Shown here piece by piece: positions 9,536-16,922 of a stretch of 53,112 nt of DNA; position 1 is the first letter of the stretch, and each line of letters begins with the position of its first letter. The stretch lies in IMG/VR virus record IMGVR_UViG_3300022602_003246, positions 1 to 53,112 of that record. One strand, given 5' to 3'. The notes under the pieces were generated by a model, which ran no database searches, had not been told where the DNA came from, and saw only the letters and a list, made by a program, of their open reading frames with translations. The position numbers and the translations under genes are program-made. Source of the DNA: a virus (lineage: Duplodnaviria > Caudoviricetes).

Positions 9536-9600
9536 TGCTGTTGTCCTTCACGACGATAGAGTAGGCAGGATTGCAGTCCGTGGCCTACACTATTATTTAT
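9536..9600 (-). ncRNA. Conserved structured leader, copy 1, with late promoter
   Basis: ATAAATAATAGT-GTAGGC-CAC-GGACTGCAATCC-T-GCCTAC-TCTAT-C-GTC-GTGAAG-GAC-AACAGCA-ATG; homologous to 32065-32130 and 53013-53076. Confidence 0.75.
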
Positions 9601-9630
9601 CACTGTGAATTCATTATATAATCTTTCTAC

Positions 9631-9658
9631 TTGACAACCCCATATTATATGCTATTAT
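9631..9658 (+). promoter_or_regulatory. sigma70-like promoter
   Basis: TTGACA-16 nt-TATTAT, TG extended -10. Confidence 0.6.
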
Positions 9659-9684
9659 GATGTATAAGTTAATGAAGATTTCTA

Positions 9685-9804
9685 ATGTTAGGATTTGTTG
9701 CACTTTGGTTTGTCATTTGGATTATGTGGTGGCCAGAGGATGTTGGCGAAACTATTGCCAAAATTCGCAAAGGCTATGATAAGACAATGGGGGATATGTC
9801 ATGA
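9685..9804 (+). CDS. 39-aa membrane peptide (not in ORF track)
   Basis: MLGFVALWFVIWIMWWPEDVG...; ATGA overlap with next ORF. Confidence 0.5.
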   Translation: MLGFVALWFVIWIMWWPEDVGETIAKIRKGYDKTMGDMS

Positions 9805-9968
9805 ATTTCTGGACAAGTATATTAGCAGTATTTTTTGTAGATGCAGTATGTGCGGCTATGAAATATAATCAAGGGCAAACATTTGTAATTTTAATTGCAA
9901 CTACTGTTTTGTATTTTTTAACACAGTTTGCTTTTGGAGTTATTAAAGAATGGAAGAATTTGGGATGA
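9801..9968 (+). CDS. 55-aa two-TM membrane protein (not in ORF track)
   Basis: MNFWTSILAVFFVDAVCAAM...; ATGA overlaps on both sides. Confidence 0.55.
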   Translation: MNFWTSILAVFFVDAVCAAMKYNQGQTFVILIATTVLYFLTQFAFGVIKEWKNLG

Positions 9969-10426
9969 CCACGCTTTATATGTTAGTTGGTGTGCCTGGT
10001 TCGGGCAAGTCAACTTGGATTAAGAACCAAGGTTTTAAAGATGTAATTATTGCATCAAGCGATGATTATATCGACCGTGTTGCGGCTGAAAGTGGCAAGA
10101 CTTATAACGAAATCTTTAGCCGTGCTATTGGTTATGCACAAAAGTTTTGTGATGCCCAAGTGCAGACTGCTATCAACCTTGACAAAACTCTTGTTTGGGA
10201 TCAGACTAACACAACTGCTAAGGGTCGCTGCGTCAAGTTACGTCGTATTCCTAACGATTGGCGCAAAATTTGTGTATTTTTTGAAACCCCTGAACCAGAG
10301 GAATTACAACGCCGTCTTGATAGTCGTGTAGGCAAGAGCATTCCAAAGGATGTTATGAAGTCTATGATTGATAACTTGGAAGTTCCTGATTTGAAAGAAG
10401 GTTGGGACGAGATAATTTGGGCTTGA
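9965..10426 (+). CDS. P-loop polynucleotide kinase-like protein (AAA_33)
   Basis: LVGVPGSGKSTW Walker A, SSDD and WDQTN. Confidence 0.85.
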   Translation: MTTLYMLVGVPGSGKSTWIKNQGFKDVIIASSDDYIDRVAAESGKTYNEIFSRAIGYAQKFCDAQVQTAINLDKTLVWDQTNTTAKGRCVKLRRIPNDWRKICVFFETPEPEELQRRLDSRVGKSIPKDVMKSMIDNLEVPDLKEGWDEIIWA

Positions 10427-10450
10427 CAAAGCCCAAATTTATGCTATTCT
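10423..10450 (+). promoter_or_regulatory. sigma70-like promoter
   Basis: TTGACA-16 nt-TATTCT, TG extended -10. Confidence 0.5.
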
Positions 10451-10473
10451 ATCATTGTAATTGGAGAACGGCT

Positions 10474-10902
10474 ATGTTTTTGACCATTACTGGCAAGTGT
10501 CCTTCTGTGGACCGCGCAACCCTTAAACGGGCTGTGGTTTTCTATGCAGAATATCTTAAGATTGCCAATTCAAAAGCCGATTTAGAATTAGAATTTGAGC
10601 GTAACCTGTGCAAAAATACAGGCGACGAAGGCTTTTGTGTAAACGAGGGTGATGGCAACTATAACATTACGCTTGATCCAAACTTCAGCAAAAGAAAAAT
10701 ATTAATTGCACTTGCACACGAAATGGTGCATGTTAAACAACACATCAAGCGTGAATTGTCTTGGAACGAACGCTATAAAATGCATCGTTTCAAGGGTCAA
10801 ATGTATCACGAGGATACAAACTATTGGGATTGTCCATGGGAAATTGAAGCCTTTGGTCGTGAACTTGGCTTGTATAAAATGTTTATGGAAAGCGAGAAAT
10901 AA
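10474..10902 (+). CDS. Zincin-like metallopeptidase
   Basis: LAHEMVH (HExxH) and PWEIEA; GGAG SD before ATG 10474. Confidence 0.75.
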   Translation: MFLTITGKCPSVDRATLKRAVVFYAEYLKIANSKADLELEFERNLCKNTGDEGFCVNEGDGNYNITLDPNFSKRKILIALAHEMVHVKQHIKRELSWNERYKMHRFKGQMYHEDTNYWDCPWEIEAFGRELGLYKMFMESEK

Positions 10903-10904
10903 TA

Positions 10905-11597
10905 ATGACATCTTTGGCTAATGAAACACAAAATTTAGTTCACACCTTGAATGAAATGCGTAGGTTGCGTAGCCTTCTTACGCAACCTAAGATTCGTGAA
11001 TTATACAATGCATCATATGATGTCATGTATCCATGGTATCATATGATGCCGCCTAAACAAGCTGAAAAATTTATTGAAGGTTGGGTTGCTACACAGATTG
11101 GTGGACAAAAAATTACAAGCACACAGGTTCCCGAAAAATTTCGCACAAATGATAATGGCGATATCTGGGCTGGTGATGAACTTGTTATTGGAAAAAATAA
11201 TATTGAATTAAAGTGTATATTTAAAGATGGCGCAAACATTGGTGGCGGACAGTTTCGGTTTTATGAAAATGTTCCTTACTACATGTTTTTTAAAGCATGG
11301 AATGAAAATCATTACGAAGTTTTTTTGTTGACTAAGCAACAACTCGTTGATGAGATCGTTGAACGTGCATTGAATACAAACTATACTGCTTATGGAAGCA
11401 GTCAAGGCAGCGGAGTTATTAACAAACTCACCCGTGATGAAAAAATTGTGCGATTGCATGAAAACGTCAACGGTAAATATGCTGATAAGATCGGTTGGGG
11501 TTTTAATTCAGAAACAGAAATTGCATTATACCAAAAATTCTGCAATAATTATCAAGTAAAACTAAGTGATGTAAAAAGAATTGTTAATGAAGTTTGA
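10905..11597 (+). CDS. Putative PD-(D/E)XK restriction endonuclease
   Basis: GD...IELK motif; coupled to the downstream methyltransferase. Confidence 0.5.
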   Translation: MTSLANETQNLVHTLNEMRRLRSLLTQPKIRELYNASYDVMYPWYHMMPPKQAEKFIEGWVATQIGGQKITSTQVPEKFRTNDNGDIWAGDELVIGKNNIELKCIFKDGANIGGGQFRFYENVPYYMFFKAWNENHYEVFLLTKQQLVDEIVERALNTNYTAYGSSQGSGVINKLTRDEKIVRLHENVNGKYADKIGWGFNSETEIALYQKFCNNYQVKLSDVKRIVNEV

Positions 11598-12810
11598 TTA
11601 TTGTATCAGCAATCCTGCGTTCAATATCGCAGTTGTTGACAGCAACGATAAACCAACAAATATTGCTGGAACTGGTGGAAACACCACACTGTATCGCACG
11701 GCTACGCGACATGATTTTGATACACGATTAAAGGATGGTGGAACACTTATCAATATTACCCTTAAAGGCATTATTCCAGACTTAGTTTATGGTCATTTCT
11801 CTGCGCATCAGGTTGATTATATCAATCTAATGGATGATATAGAAGCATGGGCGTATAATACTTGTTTTTTTGCAGTCACAAAAAAACCACGTAGTTATAA
11901 AACACAATTTAATGGTGGATTAGCTGCAAAGATATACAGTCCATACAGTGAAGATTGTTTTCCATTTGTTTATAACAGTGGCAGCAACAATAGCATGAAC
12001 CGTTTGTTTAATAATGCTTTTTCAAATAGAGTAGTGCGACAATTGCCAGGAAAAAATCGCGACAACTTTGTCTATAATTACACAAACGCAAATATTCCAC
12101 ATGGTCCAAAGTTTGCGTTTTATGTTATGGAAAGTAAAAAGAGTTATACCGTAACTGAAGAACCGCTATATGGTGGAACTATTTGTTATATACCAACCCA
12201 AACAATTGAAGAAGCACAGAAATTACGATTGTTTGTTGAAAAAAACGCAGTATTTAAAGAATATGTACAGCGTATGAAATTACGAGGTCATGCTTTTAGT
12301 ATGCGCAATGTTCGTAAATTTGATATTAATCAAATAGTCACTGGATATGAAAATCCTGCTGAATGGAATATTGTTGAAAGTGATTTAGAACCACCTAAAA
12401 AAATTAATAATGAGATTAGTAAGGATCGTAATCGCATAAAGGCACTTGGTGAGGTGTTTACTCCAACTGATCTTGTTAACATAGTATTAGATGATATAAA
12501 AACACAAGATTTTAATGATCCTAAAAAAACATTTATTGATTCTATGTGTGGCGATGGTCAATTTTTAACGGAGATTTTGAAACGTAAATTAAAAAATGGC
12601 ATTGACCACGAAACAGCATTGCACACAATTTTTGGTATTGACATTATGTCAGACAACGTTAAAATGTGTCAGGATCGTTTACTGTATGGTCGTGAAGATT
12701 TGCGTCATATTGTAGAAAAAAATATTGTATGCGCTGATAGTTTAGAATACAATTATCTTTGTAATGAAGACGAATTTGGTCCAAACGGCATGTTTAGAGT
12801 AGGAGAGTAA
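11587..12810 (+). CDS. Amino (N6-A/N4-C) DNA methyltransferase, permuted motif order
   Basis: N-terminal ISNPAF (motif IV); C-terminal GEVFTP, FIDSMCGDGQFL, FGIDI and NIVCADSL. Confidence 0.75.
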   Translation: MKFDYCISNPAFNIAVVDSNDKPTNIAGTGGNTTLYRTATRHDFDTRLKDGGTLINITLKGIIPDLVYGHFSAHQVDYINLMDDIEAWAYNTCFFAVTKKPRSYKTQFNGGLAAKIYSPYSEDCFPFVYNSGSNNSMNRLFNNAFSNRVVRQLPGKNRDNFVYNYTNANIPHGPKFAFYVMESKKSYTVTEEPLYGGTICYIPTQTIEEAQKLRLFVEKNAVFKEYVQRMKLRGHAFSMRNVRKFDINQIVTGYENPAEWNIVESDLEPPKKINNEISKDRNRIKALGEVFTPTDLVNIVLDDIKTQDFNDPKKTFIDSMCGDGQFLTEILKRKLKNGIDHETALHTIFGIDIMSDNVKMCQDRLLYGREDLRHIVEKNIVCADSLEYNYLCNEDEFGPNGMFRVGE

Positions 12811-12812
12811 TT

Positions 12813-13031
12813 ATGGCAAGAATACATTATGCAGAGGTAGAATATGACATTGGTGAGTTTGATGATGACGAACTCATTGAAGAATTGAAATCACGCAATC
12901 TTAATTTTAAACCAGAAAAAGATGATCCGCTACTCTATGAATTGTACTTGGCTCGCGTTGAGGGAAATACTGTGCAATTTGAAAAAGCACTGCAAAAACT
13001 TTTCCTTGACAGATTAGATAAAAGAATATAA
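12813..13031 (+). CDS. Hypothetical protein
   Basis: ORF with GGAG SD in operon context. Confidence 0.6.
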   Translation: MARIHYAEVEYDIGEFDDDELIEELKSRNLNFKPEKDDPLLYELYLARVEGNTVQFEKALQKLFLDRLDKRI

Positions 13032-13045
13032 TATATATAGATAAT

Positions 13046-13121
13046 GGGCGGTTAGCTTAGCGACTAAAGCCGGTTCCTCATAAGAATTTGATCGGGGGTT
13101 TGAGTCCCTCACTGCCCACCA
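13046..13121 (+). tRNA. tRNA with CAT anticodon (Met or Ile2)
   Basis: Acceptor GGGCGGT/ACTGCCC, anticodon arm GGTTC-CTCATAA-GAATT, encoded CCA; atypical D and T loops. Confidence 0.85.
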
Positions 13122-13139
13122 TTTTTTGAAAGGTAACAC

Positions 13140-13427
13140 ATGACAGCATATATTGAGTTTAACAACGAAGTTCAACCAAGCATTGATATGCTGCGTGATA
13201 TGTTGCGTGAGGGCGTATGCGAAGTAGCATTTACCAAAGTCAATGGCGATTTGCGCACAATGCCTTGCACTCTTAAACCTGAACTGTTGCCACCCCAAGT
13301 TGTAGCAGAAGGTGAAGAAAAACGTGAACGCAAAACGAGTGACAAATCACTTGCGGTTTTTGTAACTGATATCGGTGAATGGCGTTCTTTTAGACTTGAC
13401 AGCATACATAGTATTAGTGTAAAGTAA
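13140..13427 (+). CDS. Sm/SH3-like beta-barrel protein (DUF2693/WYL_2-like)
   Basis: VAFTKVNGDLRTMPCTL...WRSFRLDSI. Confidence 0.7.
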   Translation: MTAYIEFNNEVQPSIDMLRDMLREGVCEVAFTKVNGDLRTMPCTLKPELLPPQVVAEGEEKRERKTSDKSLAVFVTDIGEWRSFRLDSIHSISVK

Positions 13428-13435
13428 AGAATAAT

Positions 13436-13568
13436 GCGCTCTTGGTGGAATAGGTAGACACAAGAGACTTCGGAGAAAGGGTAAACGCCCACTATGGTTC
13501 AAATCCAGAATCTCCGCCGTAAAATCTCTCGCTTCGGCGTACCAGTTCGATTCTGGTAGAGCGCACCA
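13436..13568 (+). tRNA. tRNA-Leu(TAA) interrupted by a 50-nt insert in the anticodon loop
   Basis: Acceptor GCGCTCT/AGAGCGC-A-CCA, Leu-type D arm GTGGAATAGGTAGACAC, anticodon stem AGAGA/TCTCT, long variable arm, T arm ACCAG-TTCGATT-CTGGT. Removing 13471-13520 gives loop CTTAAAA and an 83-nt tRNA. Confidence 0.85.
13471..13520 (+). other. Putative tRNA intron with mini-tRNA-like fold
   Basis: CGGAGA/TCTCCG stem, GGGT-AAAC-GCCC hairpin and TGG-TTCAAAT-CCA T-arm; boundaries ambiguous by 1 nt (13470-13519). Confidence 0.7.
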
Positions 13569-13596
13569 CCTATCACAATTTTAATTAAAATACATG

Positions 13597-13625
13597 TCTC
13601 CCTGTATAAATACTATACAGGGAGA
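13597..13625 (+). promoter_or_regulatory. SD-sequestering hairpin overlapping late promoter TATAAATA (13605-13612)
   Basis: Perfect 12-bp inverted repeat TCTCCCTGTATA/TATACAGGGAGA; the 3' arm carries the SD of the HNH gene. Confidence 0.8.
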
Positions 13626-13632
13626 TTAAAAT

Positions 13633-14259
13633 ATGTTATGTGATTATGAGTGTGGCGAAGAAGCAAAATATAAATTAAAAAATGGAAAAAATTGCTGTCA
13701 ACAACATTATAGTTCATGCAGAAGTGTTAAAGAAAAAAATTCACTCGGATTAAAAAGTGCATATAAAAAAGGCACACGAAAATCAGCAAAGAACATCTAT
13801 AATGAATTGCCACAAGAAACAAAAGATAAAATGGCATGGGCAAGAGGAAAAACTTTTACCGAAAATGTAGATGTTTTTACAGATTATAGTATGCATGGTA
13901 ATATGTTTATTAAAAAAAGAATAATACAAGAAAATCTTATTGAATATAAATGCCATAGGTGCGACGTGACCGAATGGTTTGGTGAAAAAATCACCCTTGA
14001 TTTAGACCACATTAATGGAAATAATCGTGACAATAGATTAGAAAATTTAAGATTTTTATGCCCGAATTGTCACAGTTTAACATCAACATATAAAGGCAGA
14101 GGAAAAAATATTGGAACCGTAAAAGTATCTGACGAAGAATTAATTGCCGCATATAAATCCGAAGGAAATATTCGTAAAACATTATTGAAAGTAGGACTAT
14201 CCGCAAAGGGTGGAAATTATGCAAGAGTAAAACAATTAATTGCAAAGTTTAACATTTAA
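13633..14259 (+). CDS. HNH homing endonuclease
   Basis: CHRC...LDLDHINGNNRDNRLENLRFLCPNCH. Confidence 0.9.
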   Translation: MLCDYECGEEAKYKLKNGKNCCQQHYSSCRSVKEKNSLGLKSAYKKGTRKSAKNIYNELPQETKDKMAWARGKTFTENVDVFTDYSMHGNMFIKKRIIQENLIEYKCHRCDVTEWFGEKITLDLDHINGNNRDNRLENLRFLCPNCHSLTSTYKGRGKNIGTVKVSDEELIAAYKSEGNIRKTLLKVGLSAKGGNYARVKQLIAKFNI

Positions 14260-14300
14260 TACTTGACGTTATCTAACCATATTGGTATATTAAAGTAATC

Positions 14301-14552
14301 ATGGCAGAAACATTTGATATAGATATTACAATACCCGCTGTTCACTATTATGGAAAAGAGTGGTGGATTGATCAAATGGTTATTTGGTGCTTGCAAAATA
14401 GTATTGAGTATGCTATTAATCTATGGCCGTATGCTAATGAAACGCAAGATGGTTGGACTAGTCAATGGTCATTCAAACGTAGTGAAGATGCTGCGTTATT
14501 TGGATTGCGTTGGAAGCAAAATGATTGGGGCTTGCCACACTTTCCAGTTTAA
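14301..14552 (+). CDS. Hypothetical protein, 'WC...F-x-x-x-E-D-x-x-x-F-x-L-R-W' family
   Basis: Shares motif with the 21563-22569 cluster. Confidence 0.6.
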   Translation: MAETFDIDITIPAVHYYGKEWWIDQMVIWCLQNSIEYAINLWPYANETQDGWTSQWSFKRSEDAALFGLRWKQNDWGLPHFPV

Positions 14553-15430
14553 TCTGTGATATGATCAAGATTTGTTGGAATATCGGGGTCTTCTTCACCC
14601 TTGCGTAACACACGATTGCTTAGCAGTTCAACCCATAGTTTGCTGTTATCGTTATTCAATTTCCAGAAATTAAAAGTAATATTACTTTGAATAGGACGCA
14701 CAAACATAGTGAGTTCTTTTGGCACTAACATAAGTTGTGCTGTAGTGCGCATCATTTTCTTTTCGTCTGTTAAACGCAGTGCATTAAGCTGCCAGTTGTC
14801 TACATATTTCTTAGTCAGTAAATCTATCAGTTGTGCTGGCGTTTCTGCACTATCTACAACATGTTGTGCAATGATTAAACGACTGCGGCTGCTAATAGCA
14901 CTTGCAGTTTCGTTATCATCGTGGGTGTATTGATAGCCAGCCCATTTTAGCCATACACCATGATTTGTGCGAGCAACTGTGGTATCATGTAGAATTTCTT
15001 CAATTTTATATTTGTATTCTTCATCTTCATAGCCGCCTGGTGCCCATGCACCTTCAAGCATATAACAAGTTTCACGATCAAATATAAGAGTGCAACCTGG
15101 TAGCTTTTGCTTAATCAAACTCATAGCAACTGCTTTTACATCAGTAAATTGCAGTGCTTTCTTAATTTTGATACCATCTTTACTTGGTGTTTTGGTGCGA
15201 ACTGTAATTTCTTTTTCATCGTCCAATACCATAAGACTTGCGCTTAACACGCAAACGCCGCTATCGTTCATGCCTTCGCAATATTGTGTTATATCATCCC
15301 AAAAGTATAGCACTTCTGTATTTTTATTTTTCTTTTTACGAAATGACAGATCAGGAACATAGTTGCGGTCACGATTCTTCACACCAACCCAACCAACATT
15401 ATCAAAATATTTTGCAACTACTACACACAT
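14549..15430 (-). CDS. Ntn-hydrolase-like protein (N-terminal Cys nucleophile)
   Basis: MC start, KNRDR, EGMN and RTNH motifs. Confidence 0.65.
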   Translation of the reverse strand: MCVVVAKYFDNVGWVGVKNRDRNYVPDLSFRKKKNKNTEVLYFWDDITQYCEGMNDSGVCVLSASLMVLDDEKEITVRTKTPSKDGIKIKKALQFTDVKAVAMSLIKQKLPGCTLIFDRETCYMLEGAWAPGGYEDEEYKYKIEEILHDTTVARTNHGVWLKWAGYQYTHDDNETASAISSRSRLIIAQHVVDSAETPAQLIDLLTKKYVDNWQLNALRLTDEKKMMRTTAQLMLVPKELTMFVRPIQSNITFNFWKLNNDNSKLWVELLSNRVLRKGEEDPDIPTNLDHITD

Positions 15431-15495
15431 AATGATATTTATATGACTATTCTAATATGTTAAATACTCTTGTAACCCATAAAGGAAATCAAAAA

Positions 15496-16110
15496 ATGGC
15501 AAGTTTAGACCAACTAAAAGAAATTTTTCCACATGCCAAAGAAGAAAATTTAGAAAAATATTGTGATGCGCTTAATGAAGCAATGAACGAATTTCAGATT
15601 AATACAACAGGTCGTGAGGCAATGTTTCTTGCACAGTGCGCACATGAAAGTGGATTGTTTAGTGCAGTAAGTGAAAATCTAAACTATCGTGCAGAAACAC
15701 TCTCAAAAGTATTTCCAAAATACTTCCGTGATGTCAATCCAGAAGATTACGAGAAGCAACCAGAAAAGATTGCTAACCGTGTTTATGCTAACCGCATGGG
15801 TAATGGCGATGAAAACAGCGGCGACGGATATCGCTTTCGTGGTCGCGGTCTTATTCAATTGACTGGTCGTGACAACTATACAAAGTTTGGCAACGATATT
15901 GGTACTGATGTTACACAAAATGCCGATTATCTTTCAACACCAGAAGGTGCTGCTCGCAGTGCTGCATGGTTCTGGGATGAAAATGATCTTAACGATGTTG
16001 CAGACCAAAATGACATTGTTCTTTGCACCAAAAAAGTAAACGGCGGAACATTGGGGTTAGAAGAACGCACAGCTTTTTGGAAAAAAGCAGTAGAAGTTTT
16101 AGGTGGCTAA
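15496..16110 (+). CDS. Glycoside hydrolase family 19 endolysin
   Basis: FLAQCAHES, ENLNY, YRFRGRGLIQLTGRDNY, SAAWFW and VNGG. Confidence 0.92.
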   Translation: MASLDQLKEIFPHAKEENLEKYCDALNEAMNEFQINTTGREAMFLAQCAHESGLFSAVSENLNYRAETLSKVFPKYFRDVNPEDYEKQPEKIANRVYANRMGNGDENSGDGYRFRGRGLIQLTGRDNYTKFGNDIGTDVTQNADYLSTPEGAARSAAWFWDENDLNDVADQNDIVLCTKKVNGGTLGLEERTAFWKKAVEVLGG

Positions 16111-16922
16111 TGCCCATACTAATAGCAGGCGGCGATAGTTTTACTTGGGGTAGTGAATTAGGTGATGATAAGTTTGATCACATAGAACATACCCCAAGTA
16201 AAAAAACATGGTCAGCACTTTTAGCAAAACATTTTGATTATGAATACAAATGTGTTGCTAAACCAGGCGGCGCAAACAATACAATTACTCGTCGCGTTGT
16301 GCAAGCAATTAATCAATATGCAGACCAAGAAATTTATGTTGCCGTTATGTGGACATTTACACATCGCAGTGAAATAAGATTGCGCAACATGCATCCATAT
16401 AACACAATTGTGCATGATCGGGTAACTGCCGCGCGTTATGATATTGATGATTATTGGATTAACTTCAATGCATGGCACGGGTTACCATTTGATGAAAAGA
16501 TGGAATTTTTTCCACGAGGCATGGATGAATCTTCTCGCAAATTTTTCCGCGAACAACATGATAAATTGTTTGAAATTGGTGTTGTGCAAGCAAGTGATGC
16601 TTACTACAAAGTAACAGGCGATTACAGTTTTCATAACTTTAATTCATTAAAAGAAATGATGTTTTTAGAAATGTATTGTAAGCAACGAAATATACCATAC
16701 TTTTTTTGTAGTGCAAGCGATGAATTGTTTAAACCGCAACCACCCGATTTATTAGAGAGTGGATTATATAATTTAGACTGGAATCATTGGTATAAGGACA
16801 ATGGTTTCAATATTTGGAGTGAATCATTGCCAAAAAGTGGTAATCATCCAGGTCCATTGGCGCACAGCGATTGGTTTAATTTGATATTGCCTAAAGTATC
16901 AGAGTGTTATAAAACTAAATGA
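16110..16922 (+). CDS. SGNH/GDSL-like hydrolase family protein
   Basis: GDSFTWG near the N-terminus, GAxN, C-terminal HPGPLAH. Confidence 0.6.
   Translation: MPILIAGGDSFTWGSELGDDKFDHIEHTPSKKTWSALLAKHFDYEYKCVAKPGGANNTITRRVVQAINQYADQEIYVAVMWTFTHRSEIRLRNMHPYNTIVHDRVTAARYDIDDYWINFNAWHGLPFDEKMEFFPRGMDESSRKFFREQHDKLFEIGVVQASDAYYKVTGDYSFHNFNSLKEMMFLEMYCKQRNIPYFFCSASDELFKPQPPDLLESGLYNLDWNHWYKDNGFNIWSESLPKSGNHPGPLAHSDWFNLILPKVSECYKTK

Noticed and set aside
9536-9600. Known riboswitch or self-cleaving ribozyme identity for the leader
   Set aside because: I could not match hammerhead, HDV-like, c-di-GMP or SAM consensus by eye. A loop-to-ACAGCA pseudoknot is not supported in copy 2. An Rfam search is still needed.
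13014-13492. Minus-strand ORFs 13014-13298 and 13172-13492
   Set aside because: They are antisense shadows of tRNA genes and the plus-strand CDS (WWAVRDSNPR is a typical reverse-tRNA translation).
13471-13520. Group I intron or archaeal bulge-helix-bulge intron
   Set aside because: Too short for a group I core, and I see no BHB motif at the junctions.
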